From: Sandaracinaceae bacterium
GTDB taxonomy: Bacteria; Myxococcota_A; Polyangia; Polyangiales; Sandaracinaceae
NCBI GenBank assembly: GCA_044220955.1
Contig: JBGAQA010000073.1
Span: 1-35,848, forward strand
Direction of reading: 5' to 3'
Length of the DNA: 35,848 nucleotides
Under the pieces are notes generated by a model. The model did not search any database and was not told the DNA's origin. It was given only the letters and a program-made list of their open reading frames with translations. Shown here piece after piece: positions 18,887 to 27,765 of the stretch. Made by a program: the position numbers and the translations under genes. Position 1 is the first letter of the stretch, and each line of letters begins with the position of its first letter.

Positions 18887-21238
18887 TCAGTGCGCTCCTT
18901 CGGCGCTCGCGCTCGCCACCGGCGCGCTCCGGTCGCGCTCGGGCACGAACGCGCTCTCGTCGTGGCCGAGGCGCTGGAGGTAGGCGATCAACGCGACGAG
19001 CTGCGAGTCGGGGTCGAGCGTCTCGTCCGCGGCGAGCCCGCGCACGATGCCGTCCGCCTGCGCGTGCGCGTCCTCTTCGGCATGGGCCACCTGCTCGTCG
19101 GTGTAGGGGATGCCCAGCGTCTGCAGCGCGGTGAGCTTTCCGCGCGTGCCGGCGTAGTCGACGTGGGTCGTCCTCAGGTGCGGGTAGGCCGGCATGATCG
19201 AGCCCGGCGACGTCGAGCGGGGGTCCTCCATGTGTCGTGCGTGCCAGACATCCGGGTAGCGCCCGCCCTCGCGCGCGAGGTCGGGCCCGGTCCGCTTCGA
19301 GCCCCACTGGAAGGGATGGTCCCAGATCGAGTCCGTCGACTGCGAGGGAGCGCCGTAGCGCGCGCTCTCCCAGGTGAAGGGCCGGATCATCTGGGAGTGG
19401 CACGTGTAGCAGCCCTCGCTGACGTACACGTCGCGTCCCTCGATCTCGAGCGCGGTGTACGGTCGGTGCGAGGTCTGCGCGGCCTCGTTCTCGCCGATGA
19501 CCACGACCGGGACGATCTCGGCGATGCCGCCCACGAGCACGGCGACCGCCGTGAGCACCGTGAAGGGCAGCGCGCGTCCCTCGAGCAGGCGGTGCCAGGC
19601 CGGACCGCCGTTGCGCCGCGCGGCCTCGAGGGCGAGCGTGCCGAGCAGCGCGATCGCGAAGGTCACGACCAGGATCGCGCCGCTCACGAGCCCGCTCAGG
19701 AGACCGGCGACGAGCACCAGCGTACACACGACGAAGACGAGCAGGACGGGCGGCGAGAGGACGAGCTGCCTGAACGTGGTCCGGTCGGTGTCCGGGACGA
19801 CGGGCACCTCGATCTTGCTCTCCGCGAGCTTGGCGCCGCGGACCGTCATGACGAGGTTCCACGCCATCAGCACGAAGCCGAGCAGGTAGATCGAGCCGCC
19901 CACCAGGCGCAGCCAGTAGAGCGGCCGGATGGCGTCCACCGTCTCGATGAACGTGGGGTAGAGCAGGCCGCCGCCCGGCGCCTCGGCGCGCCACATCAGG
20001 CCCTGGGTGATGCCCGACACGTACATCGCGACGACGTAGAGCAGGATGCCGAAGGTACCGGTCCAGAAGTGCGTGTTCGCCGCGGACCGCGAGAAGAGCT
20101 CACGGCCGTAGAGCCGCGGCACGAGCCAATAGAGCATCCCGGCCGCCATCATCCCGTTCCAGCCGAGCGCGCCGGCGTGGACGTGACCGATGATCCAGTC
20201 CGTGTAGTGGGAGAGGGCGCTCACCGAGCGGATCGAGAGCATCGGGCCCTCGAACGTGGCCATCCCGTAGAACGTCACGCCGGCGGCGAAGAACTTGAGC
20301 ACGGGATCGGTGCGGAGGCGATCCCAGGCGCCCCGCAGCGTGAGCAGGCCGTTGATCATGCCGCCCCAGCTCGGCGCCCAGAGCATCAGGCTGAACACCA
20401 TGCCGATCGTCTGCGCCCACTCGGGCAGCGACGTGTTCAAGAGGTGGTGCGGGCCGGCCCAGATGTAGAGGAAGACCAGCGACCAGAAGTGGATGATCGA
20501 GAGCCGGTAGCTGAAGACCGGGCGGTCCGCGGCCTTCGGCACGAAGTAGTACATGATCCCCAGGATGGGGGTCGTGAGGAAGAACGCGACGGCGTTGTGG
20601 CCGTACCACCACTGCACGAGCGCGTCCTGGACGCCGCCGAAGACGCCGTAGCTGGCGGTGCCGGAGATCGGCAGCGCGAGGTTGTTGACGATGTAGAGGA
20701 TCGCGACCGTGACGATGGTCGCGATGTAGAACCAGAGCGCGACGTAGAGGTGCTTCTCGTTGCGGACCGCGATGGTCCAGAAGAAGTTCACGGCGAAGAC
20801 GACCCAGACGAGCGTGACGGCGACGTCGATGGGCCAGATGAGCTCCGCGTACTCCTTGCCCTGGGTGAGGCCGAGCGGCAGCGTGAGGGCGGCCGAGACG
20901 ATGATGAGCTGCCATCCCCAGAAGTGGATCTTGGACAGCAGGTCGCTCGCCATGCGCGTCTTGAGCAGGCGCTGCGTCGAGTAGTAGACGCCGGCGAAGA
21001 GCATGTTCCCGACGAACGCGAAGATGACCGCGTTCGTGTGGAGCGGGCGCAGGCGGCCGAACGTCAGGTAGGGACCGATGTTGGCCTGGTACATCGCCAT
21101 CTGGAGGGCGACGATCACACCGACGAGCATGCCGACGATGCCCCAGAGGACCGACGCGGCGGCGAAGTTCCGCGTCGTCGCGTCGTCGTAGACGATCGTC
21201 CGGGTTCCGGAGGCCTCGGTGGGGGTCGACGTGGTCAT
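18887..21238 (-). CDS. ccoN: fused cbb3-type cytochrome c oxidase subunits I/II (CcoN-CcoO)
   Basis: FGRLRPLHTNAVIF, KEYAEL.WPID, QWWYGHNAVAF, WAGPHHL, HVHAGALGW, then the CcoO part GRDVYVSEGCYTCHSQMIRP, HPFQWGSKRTGPDLAR, PGSIMPAY, all in one frame. Confidence 0.97.
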   Translation of the reverse strand: MTTSTPTEASGTRTIVYDDATTRNFAAASVLWGIVGMLVGVIVALQMAMYQANIGPYLTFGRLRPLHTNAVIFAFVGNMLFAGVYYSTQRLLKTRMASDLLSKIHFWGWQLIIVSAALTLPLGLTQGKEYAELIWPIDVAVTLVWVVFAVNFFWTIAVRNEKHLYVALWFYIATIVTVAILYIVNNLALPISGTASYGVFGGVQDALVQWWYGHNAVAFFLTTPILGIMYYFVPKAADRPVFSYRLSIIHFWSLVFLYIWAGPHHLLNTSLPEWAQTIGMVFSLMLWAPSWGGMINGLLTLRGAWDRLRTDPVLKFFAAGVTFYGMATFEGPMLSIRSVSALSHYTDWIIGHVHAGALGWNGMMAAGMLYWLVPRLYGRELFSRSAANTHFWTGTFGILLYVVAMYVSGITQGLMWRAEAPGGGLLYPTFIETVDAIRPLYWLRLVGGSIYLLGFVLMAWNLVMTVRGAKLAESKIEVPVVPDTDRTTFRQLVLSPPVLLVFVVCTLVLVAGLLSGLVSGAILVVTFAIALLGTLALEAARRNGGPAWHRLLEGRALPFTVLTAVAVLVGGIAEIVPVVVIGENEAAQTSHRPYTALEIEGRDVYVSEGCYTCHSQMIRPFTWESARYGAPSQSTDSIWDHPFQWGSKRTGPDLAREGGRYPDVWHARHMEDPRSTSPGSIMPAYPHLRTTHVDYAGTRGKLTALQTLGIPYTDEQVAHAEEDAHAQADGIVRGLAADETLDPDSQLVALIAYLQRLGHDESAFVPERDRSAPVASASAEGAH

Positions 21239-21438
21239 CGCTGATCTTCGTCCTTCTCGTGCGATTCGGGGGAGGGTGAGGCTTCGGAGGGCGGCCTCGG
21301 GTGCTCGTCGTCCATCGGGAGCAGCGCGAGGCGGTCGGCGTGATCGAAGGTCCGGGCGCCGGCGAGCCACGCGAACATCGCGACGCCACCGGCCGAGAGG
21401 ACGATCGAGACGAACATCGTGAGGATCAGCGCGTCCAC
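21235..21438 (-). CDS. ccoS: cbb3 oxidase maturation protein CcoS
   Basis: GTG start after AAGGAG. MDALILTMFVSIVLSAGGVAMFAW...TFDH.DRLALLPMDD. Confidence 0.85.
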   Translation of the reverse strand: MDALILTMFVSIVLSAGGVAMFAWLAGARTFDHADRLALLPMDDEHPRPPSEASPSPESHEKDEDQR

Positions 21439-23816
21439 GGGAGCTCCTTCATGCGCACGCGCGCGTGGGTCACCACCGCGATCGACGAGAGCGGCATCAA
21501 GATGGCCGCGAGCCAGGGCCGCATGGCGCCGCTCATCGCGAGCGTGACGGCGAGCGCGTTGTAGAGGGCGGCGATCGCGAGGTTGGTGCGGGCGATCAGG
21601 CGCACGCGGTCGGCGACCTCGAAGAGCGCCCGGATCGGCGCCAGACCCGCCGTGACGAAGTAGAAGTCGGCGCGGCCGGGCACGAAGGGACGCTCGATCG
21701 ACGGGGTGCCCGAGACGAAAGCCCGCGAGACGGCGAGGGCGTCGTTGAGGCCGTCGCCCACGAACATCGTGTCGCCGTGGTCGAGCGCCGCGAGGCGCGC
21801 CGCTTTGGCCTCGGGGCTCGCGCCGCCCTCCGCCCGGCTCGCGTCGATCGCGAGCGCCGCTGCGATCGCCGCGACGCGCGCCGGCGCGTCGCCGCTCGAG
21901 ACGTGCAGCTCGAGGCCGCGCGCCGTGAGCGCGTCGAGCTCGGCCCGAGCGTCGTCGCGGAGCGTCTCTTCGAGCGCGAAGCGCGCGCGCACCACGCCGT
22001 CGGTCGCGAGCACCAGGCCGTCCGCCGGCTCTCCGGAGCCCGGCGCCGCCCACGCAGCCCGGCCCAGGCGGACGACGCTGGTCCCGTCGCGCCCCTCGAC
22101 TCCCGAGCCCGCGACCTCGCGGACCGCGTCGAGCACGATGCCGGGCGTGCCCTCGAGCGCAGCGGCGATCGCGGCGCTGGCGGGGTGCGACGATGCGCGC
22201 GCCAGCCCGGCGAGCCTCGCGCGGTCGGTCGCACCGAGCCGATCGACCTCCTCGCGCGACCCCAGCCTCGGCACGCCCGTCGTCAGCGTGCCCGTCTTGT
22301 CGAAGATCACGCGGCGCACGTCGCGCACGCGGTCGAGCAGGTCGGCGCGACGGACGAAGAGCCCACGGCGGCGGAGCGCTCCGAGCGCCAGGGTGTACGC
22401 GAGCGGCGTCGCGATGCCGAGGCCGCACGGGCAGGTCACCACGAGGAGCGCCGTCGTCGCGTCGAGCGCGCGCGCGGCGTCGCCGGTCGCCACCATCCAC
22501 CCCACGAAGGTGAGCGCCGCGAGGCCGAGCACGGCGGCCACGTACACGCGCGCCGTCCTCTGCCAGAACGCCGACGCGTGTCCGCGGCGTGTCTCGGTGG
22601 GACGCGCGAGCAGCGTCCGCAGGGCCGAGCTCGCGAAGCTCTCCTCGGCGCGAGCGAACACCTGCGCCGCGGCGGCGTGCACCGCCCCCGCCGGGACGCG
22701 CTCCCCCGCCGCGAACGCCCGCGGCTCTGGCTCGCCCGAGATCCAGTCGAGGGTGAACGTGCTCGGCTCCTCGAGCGTCGCCGCGACCGGCACGACCTCG
22801 CCGGCGCCGAGCGCCAGCCGATCACCGGCGCCGATCGACGACGCGCGGACGACGTGCGACCCCGTCGCGTCGACCCGGCGCGTGAAGAGGCCGTCGCTGC
22901 CCGGATCCTCGAGCAGACGATCGCGGTCGCGGCGCAGCGCCCGCTCGGTGAGCCAGCGCCCGACGAGCATCAGCGCGACGAAGACCGCGAGCGTGTCGGC
23001 GTAGCTCGCGTCGCGATGCATCGCGATGGACACGAGCGTGCTCGAGCCGGCCAGCACGATCCCGAGCGCGATCGGCACGTCGAGCGAGAGCACCCGCTCG
23101 CGCAGAGAGGCCCAGGCGCTCCTGAGGATCGGCGGCGAGCCCACGAGCACCGCGGCTCCGGCGAGCACCGCCTCGAGCACGCGCGCTGCGCTCGCCGCGA
23201 TCCCCTCGGCGAGCCCGAGGTAGAGGGCCAGGGCGAACGTCATGGCGTTCATCGCGAGGGCCACCACGACCGCCGTCCGGACCAGGAGCGCGTCCTCTCG
23301 CTCGCTCGCCTTCTTCGTGCCGGGGCCGAGCGTGTAGCCGAAGCGCTCGACCCCGCGAACGAACGCGCCGAGGTCGAACCCGCTCTTGACCCAGAGCTCG
23401 AGGCGCCCGATCGACGGGTCGACGACGACGCGAACGCTCCCCGGCGCCCGCCGAAAGAGCTGCTCCACCACCCAGACGCAAGCCGAGCAGTGCACGCCCT
23501 GGACGTCGAGCGCGAGCGTGTGGACGCCGGGCCCGGCGACCGCGGCGGCGAGGGGCTCGACCCACGCCAGGTCCCGACGTCCCTGCGCCGTGAGCGCCAC
23601 GGGCGCCTCGGCTCCCGCGCGCAGATCGTAGTAGCGCTCGAGCCCGTTCTGACGGAGCAGGGTCGCGACCGCCGCGCACCCCGCGCAGCAGTACGCGCGC
23701 TCGGCCTCGTCGAGCAGCCCCCCCTGCGCCGGGAGGGGCGAGCCGCAGTGGGCGCACGTCGGACAGGCGGGAGCTCGTGCCCTCGGGGGGCTCGCCAGCC
23801 GTGCAGACGCCGTCAC
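21426..23816 (-). CDS. ccoI: heavy-metal (Cu) P1B-type ATPase CcoI/FixI
   Basis: N-terminal CAHC...YCCAGC..V, HMA GVHCSAC, SGEPEP, TCPC, FDKTGTLT, HP, GDGLNDA, YN...ILMPLSS. Directly upstream of ccoS. Confidence 0.92.
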   Translation of the reverse strand: MTASARLASPPRARAPACPTCAHCGSPLPAQGGLLDEAERAYCCAGCAAVATLLRQNGLERYYDLRAGAEAPVALTAQGRRDLAWVEPLAAAVAGPGVHTLALDVQGVHCSACVWVVEQLFRRAPGSVRVVVDPSIGRLELWVKSGFDLGAFVRGVERFGYTLGPGTKKASEREDALLVRTAVVVALAMNAMTFALALYLGLAEGIAASAARVLEAVLAGAAVLVGSPPILRSAWASLRERVLSLDVPIALGIVLAGSSTLVSIAMHRDASYADTLAVFVALMLVGRWLTERALRRDRDRLLEDPGSDGLFTRRVDATGSHVVRASSIGAGDRLALGAGEVVPVAATLEEPSTFTLDWISGEPEPRAFAAGERVPAGAVHAAAAQVFARAEESFASSALRTLLARPTETRRGHASAFWQRTARVYVAAVLGLAALTFVGWMVATGDAARALDATTALLVVTCPCGLGIATPLAYTLALGALRRRGLFVRRADLLDRVRDVRRVIFDKTGTLTTGVPRLGSREEVDRLGATDRARLAGLARASSHPASAAIAAALEGTPGIVLDAVREVAGSGVEGRDGTSVVRLGRAAWAAPGSGEPADGLVLATDGVVRARFALEETLRDDARAELDALTARGLELHVSSGDAPARVAAIAAALAIDASRAEGGASPEAKAARLAALDHGDTMFVGDGLNDALAVSRAFVSGTPSIERPFVPGRADFYFVTAGLAPIRALFEVADRVRLIARTNLAIAALYNALAVTLAMSGAMRPWLAAILMPLSSIAVVTHARVRMKELPWTR

Positions 23817-23828
23817 GGCCGGGCGCCG

Positions 23829-23844
23829 TGCACGTCGCTTGCCA
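23829..23844 (-). promoter_or_regulatory. sigma54 promoter for the cco operon
   Basis: Minus strand TGGCAAGCGACGTGCA. The GC lies 13 nt before GTG 23816. Confidence 0.8.
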
Positions 23845-23873
23845 TCCAGAACCCGCTGCGCTCGGTTGCGGCC

Positions 23874-23930
23874 GCGCAATCGCTTCGCCGCCACGCGCAA
23901 GTATTGCGTGTGCCCCTCCAGTTCGTGCGC
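23874..23930. promoter_or_regulatory. three 21-bp-phased GCGCA-N5-TGCGC-like sites between divergent sigma54 promoters
   Basis: GCGCA-ATCGC-TTCGC (23874), GCGCA-AGTAT-TGCGT (23895), CTCCA-GTTCG-TGCGC (23916). Confidence 0.7.
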
Positions 23931-23938
23931 CCGAGGAT

Positions 23939-23954
23939 CGGCCCCGTGCTTGCT
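23939..23954 (+). promoter_or_regulatory. sigma54 promoter for the DsbD_2-kinases-mgtA run
   Basis: CGGCCCCGTGCTTGCT (GG-N10-GC, TTGCT). The GC lies 13 nt before ATG 23967. Confidence 0.7.
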
Positions 23955-23966
23955 TTGCGCACTCCC

Positions 23967-24665
23967 ATGTTCGCGGCCCTCCTGCTCGGGCTCTCGCTGG
24001 GCGTGACCAGCGCCGTCCACTGCGTCGCCATGTGCGGGCCGCTCTCGGCGTTCGTCTCGATCGATCCGGAGGGCGCGACCGACCCATCGCGCGTCCTGCG
24101 CTACCAGATCGGGCGGACGGGCGGCTACGCCGCGCTCGGGGGGGTGCTCGGAGGCCTCGGCGGCGGCATCGCCGACGTCTTCGCGCCCTGGGCAGAGACG
24201 ATCCTCTCGCTCGTGCTCGGCTCGGCGCTCGCCCTCGCGGCGCTCCAGCTCTGGCCGCGCCGCGGGGCTCCCGCGCTCGTCGCGCTCGCGGGTGGGCCGC
24301 GCCGCGCCACGCTTCGCGAGCGCCTCGCTCGCGCGTCCACCGCCCTGCTCGGGCAGACGCGCCGCCACCCGCTCGCCCTCGGCGCCGCGACGGCGCTCCT
24401 TCCGTGCGGCGTCCTCGCCTCGGGCGCGCTGCTCGCCGCGAGCACCGGCCACGCGGTGACCGGCGCCGTCGCGATGACCGGGCTGGCGCTCGCGAGCGGG
24501 CTCGGCATCGGCGTGGCGGGCACCGCGCTCGGCCGCGCGCGCGTGAGCGCTTCTCCGGTGCTCGCCCGCGTCATGGCCGTGACGCTGGCCCTCGGCGCCG
24601 TGCTGCTCTTCGTCCGTCCCGTCCTCGCGACGCCGGAGGCCTCGTCGTGTTGCCATCCGCGCTGA
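23967..24665 (+). CDS. DsbD_2 / TauE-SafE family membrane protein (cbb3 biogenesis-associated)
   Basis: SAVHCVAMCGP, YQIGRTGGYAALG, LLPCG, multiple TMs, C-terminal SSCCH. Confidence 0.88.
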   Translation: MFAALLLGLSLGVTSAVHCVAMCGPLSAFVSIDPEGATDPSRVLRYQIGRTGGYAALGGVLGGLGGGIADVFAPWAETILSLVLGSALALAALQLWPRRGAPALVALAGGPRRATLRERLARASTALLGQTRRHPLALGAATALLPCGVLASGALLAASTGHAVTGAVAMTGLALASGLGIGVAGTALGRARVSASPVLARVMAVTLALGAVLLFVRPVLATPEASSCCHPR

Positions 24666-24685
24666 CGCGGGCGATCGTCCACCCC

Positions 24686-25819
24686 GTGCCGAAGTCGAAG
24701 CAGAACCGTGTCCTCGTGGTCGACGACAACGCCGACAACCGCCTGCTCGTGGTCGAGACCCTCGCGCCGGAGGGCATGGAGGTCGTCGAGGCCGACTCCG
24801 GCGCCGCCGCGATCGGGCTGTTCTCCGCGCGACCCTTCGACGTCGTGCTGCTCGACGTGCGCATGCCGGGCCTCGACGGGTTCGCCACGCTCGAGCGCCT
24901 GCGTGACCTGCCCGGCGGCACGGACGTGCCGGTCGTCTTCCTCACGGCGCTCCGCGACGTCGAGACCTTCGATCGCGCGCGCGCGGCCGGCGCGGTCGAC
25001 TTCCTCAACAAGCCCGTCCGCCCGACGGAGCTGCTCGCCCGCGTCGAGACGCTGCTGCGCGTGCGGCGCCTGAGCGTGGAGGTCCGCGGACAGCTGGCGG
25101 AGATCCGCCGGCAGCGCGACGATCTCATGCGCGTCCAGCTCCAGAAGGAGCGGCTCGCGGCGTTCATCGTGCACGACCTGAAGAACCCGCTCGCGGCGAT
25201 GCGCCTGCACGCCACCGTGATCGGGCGGACGCCGGAGCTGCCCGTCTCCGCGAAGGAGTCGGCCGTCGCGATCCGTGAGCAGTGCGACCGCCTCGGACAG
25301 CTGGTGATGAACCTGCTCGACCTCTCCAAGGCCGACGAGGGGCTGCTGGTCGCGCGCCGCTCCGACGTGGACCTGCCTGCGCTCGCGGTCGAGGTGCTCG
25401 CCGAGCTCGGGGTGCAGGCCGACGCGCGCCGCGTGGCGCTCAAGGTCGAGATCGCCGAGGGGCTGCACCTCGACGCCGACCGCGACCTCTTGCGCCGCAT
25501 CCTCGAGAACCTCGTCGACAACGCGCTCCGGCACACGCCCGCGGGGGGCGCGGTGCGGATCGAGGCCGAGCGGGGCGCCGATGCGACCCGCCTGCGCGTG
25601 CGCGACACGGGTCCGGGGATCCCGGCCGGGCTCGCCGACCGGATCTTCGACCCCTTCGTGCAGGTGGACGGCGGAATCGGTGCGACGCGCTCCGGCCGAG
25701 GCCTGGGGCTGGCGTTCTGTCGTGCCGCAGCCCTCGCGCACGGCGGGGCGATCGCGGTCGAGCCGAGCGCGTCGGGGGCGTGCTTCGTCCTCACCCTCCC
25801 GCACGAGCTGCTCTCGTGA
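24686..25819 (+). CDS. response regulator receiver–histidine kinase hybrid
   Basis: VLVVDDN, VLLDVRMP, FLNKP; IVHDLKNPL, ENLVDNALRH, VRDTGPG, GRGLGL. Confidence 0.93.
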   Translation: MPKSKQNRVLVVDDNADNRLLVVETLAPEGMEVVEADSGAAAIGLFSARPFDVVLLDVRMPGLDGFATLERLRDLPGGTDVPVVFLTALRDVETFDRARAAGAVDFLNKPVRPTELLARVETLLRVRRLSVEVRGQLAEIRRQRDDLMRVQLQKERLAAFIVHDLKNPLAAMRLHATVIGRTPELPVSAKESAVAIREQCDRLGQLVMNLLDLSKADEGLLVARRSDVDLPALAVEVLAELGVQADARRVALKVEIAEGLHLDADRDLLRRILENLVDNALRHTPAGGAVRIEAERGADATRLRVRDTGPGIPAGLADRIFDPFVQVDGGIGATRSGRGLGLAFCRAAALAHGGAIAVEPSASGACFVLTLPHELLS

Positions 25820-25839
25820 CCCCGGACGGAGATGCGTCC

Positions 25840-27747
25840 ATGGATCTCGCGGAGCTCGTCGGCGTCGCCCTCTTCGACGCCGCGCCGGACGCGATGCTGC
25901 TCGTGGACGAGGCCGGCACCATCGTCCTGGTCAACGAACAGACGGAGCGCGTCTTCGGGTTCTCGCGGGCCGAGCTGGTCGGCAAGCCGATCGAGGCCCT
26001 GATCCCCTCTCGCTTCCGCGAGGGGCACCTCGTGCACCGGCAGAACTACGGCAAGGCGGCGCGCACCCGCGCGATGGGCATCGGCCTCGAGCTCTGGGGC
26101 CAGCACAGGGACGGCCGCGAGATCCCGGTCGAGATCGCGCTCGCGCCCATCACGACGCCGCGCGGGCGCTACGTGTCGGCCGCGGTCCGCGACATCAGCG
26201 CGCGGCGCGCGATCGAGGACAAGGCCCGTGTCACGCACGAGCGCCTGCTCAGCGCGCTCGAGAGCGTGCAGGACGCGATCGCGATCTTCGACGCCGACGA
26301 CCGCCTCGTGCTCTGCAACAGCGTGTACCGGTGCAGCCTCCCGACCACGTGGACCGGTCCCGTCGTCGGGGCCTCGTACGCGACCTTGCTCGACGCGGAG
26401 CTCGAGACGCTCGATCTCGGCGGCGACACCCTCGAGTCGACGCGCGCGCGCCGCATGGCGTACCACGACGCCCCGACCGGCAGCATCGACGTTCGCACCC
26501 GCGACGGCCGCTCGCTCCGCGTGGTCGACCGGATCACTCCCGAGCGCGGGCGGGTGCGGACCATCTACGACCTCACCGACGACGTCCGTCGGCAGACCGA
26601 GCTCGACGACGCACGGCGCACGGCCGAGGCCGCGAACGCCGCCAAGACGGAGTTCCTGCGCTCGATGAGCCACGAGCTGCGCACGCCGCTGAACGCGGTG
26701 CTCGGCTTCACGCAGCTCATCCAGCGCGATCCGACGCTCGGCGAGCGGCCCAAGCGCCTCGTCGAGCACGTCGCCCGCGGGGGCGAGCACCTGCTGAGGC
26801 TCATCGACGACGTGCTCGACCTCGCGCGCGTCGAGGCCGGCGCCGTGCCGCTCTCGCTCGAGCCCGTGGCCCTGAGCACCGTCCTGGCGGAGGTGCGCAC
26901 GACGCTCGCGGCCATGGCCCAGACGCGCCACATCCGGGTCATGCTCGACGAGGACAACGAGCCGCTGGTCGCGCACGCCGATCGCACGCGGCTGGTGCAG
27001 ATCGTCCTCAACTTCGGCTCGAACGCAATCAAGTACGGCAAGACCGAGGGGGAGGTCGTCCTGCGCGCAGGCCGCACCGGCGATCGCGCGCGCATCAGCG
27101 TGCGTGACGACGGGCCGGGGATCCCGCGTGCTCGCCAGGACCGCCTGTTCCAGGTGTTCTACCGGGCTGGGCAGGAGACGGGGCCCATCGAGGGCACCGG
27201 CATCGGCCTCGCGCTGAGCCAGCGCCTCGCGAGCATGATGGAGGGCCGCGTCGGCTTCGAGAGCCAGGAGGGCGCGGGCTCCGAGTTCTGGGTCGAGCTC
27301 CCGCTCGAGCGCGCGCAGAGCACGCCGACGTTCGAGCGCGGTGAGGGGGGCGCCCGCCGGGAGGGCGCGCTGCGGGACGCGACGGTCCTCTACGTCGAGG
27401 ACAACCCCGCGAACCTCGCGTTCATGGAAGAGCTGATGATGGACTTCCCGCACGTGCAGCTGCTCACCGCGCCGACGGGGGAGCTGGGGCTCGACCTCGC
27501 GGTCGCCGTCGTGCCCACCGTCGTGATCCTGGACATCAACCTGCCGGGCATGAGCGGCTTCGAGGTGCTCCGGCACCTGCGAGCGAACGAGCGCACGAGG
27601 GCCATCCCGGTCGTGGCGCTCAGCGCGTCCGCCATGCAGCGCGACGTCCGACGCGCCGAGGAGGCGGGCTTCGCCCGCTACCTGACCAAGCCCGTCAAGG
27701 TCGACGAGCTCGTCTCGACGCTCGAGTCGCTCCTCGAGCGACGCTGA
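25840..27747 (+). CDS. PAS-PAS-HisKA-HATPase-REC hybrid sensor kinase, first PAS FixL-like
   Basis: PAS 'LIPSRFREGHLVHRQNY...RAMG.GLEL.G..RDG.EIPVEIAL', second PAS, MSHELRTPLN, NAIKY, GTGIGL, REC ILDINLP...YLTKP. Confidence 0.92.
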   Translation: MDLAELVGVALFDAAPDAMLLVDEAGTIVLVNEQTERVFGFSRAELVGKPIEALIPSRFREGHLVHRQNYGKAARTRAMGIGLELWGQHRDGREIPVEIALAPITTPRGRYVSAAVRDISARRAIEDKARVTHERLLSALESVQDAIAIFDADDRLVLCNSVYRCSLPTTWTGPVVGASYATLLDAELETLDLGGDTLESTRARRMAYHDAPTGSIDVRTRDGRSLRVVDRITPERGRVRTIYDLTDDVRRQTELDDARRTAEAANAAKTEFLRSMSHELRTPLNAVLGFTQLIQRDPTLGERPKRLVEHVARGGEHLLRLIDDVLDLARVEAGAVPLSLEPVALSTVLAEVRTTLAAMAQTRHIRVMLDEDNEPLVAHADRTRLVQIVLNFGSNAIKYGKTEGEVVLRAGRTGDRARISVRDDGPGIPRARQDRLFQVFYRAGQETGPIEGTGIGLALSQRLASMMEGRVGFESQEGAGSEFWVELPLERAQSTPTFERGEGGARREGALRDATVLYVEDNPANLAFMEELMMDFPHVQLLTAPTGELGLDLAVAVVPTVVILDINLPGMSGFEVLRHLRANERTRAIPVVALSASAMQRDVRRAEEAGFARYLTKPVKVDELVSTLESLLERR

Positions 27748-27765
27748 GGCCGCGCGGGTCGCGGG

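Noticed and set aside
23817..23966. FNR/FixK box (TTGAT-N4-ATCAA) expected upstream of cco genes
   Set aside because: None was seen in this or the other intergenic regions.
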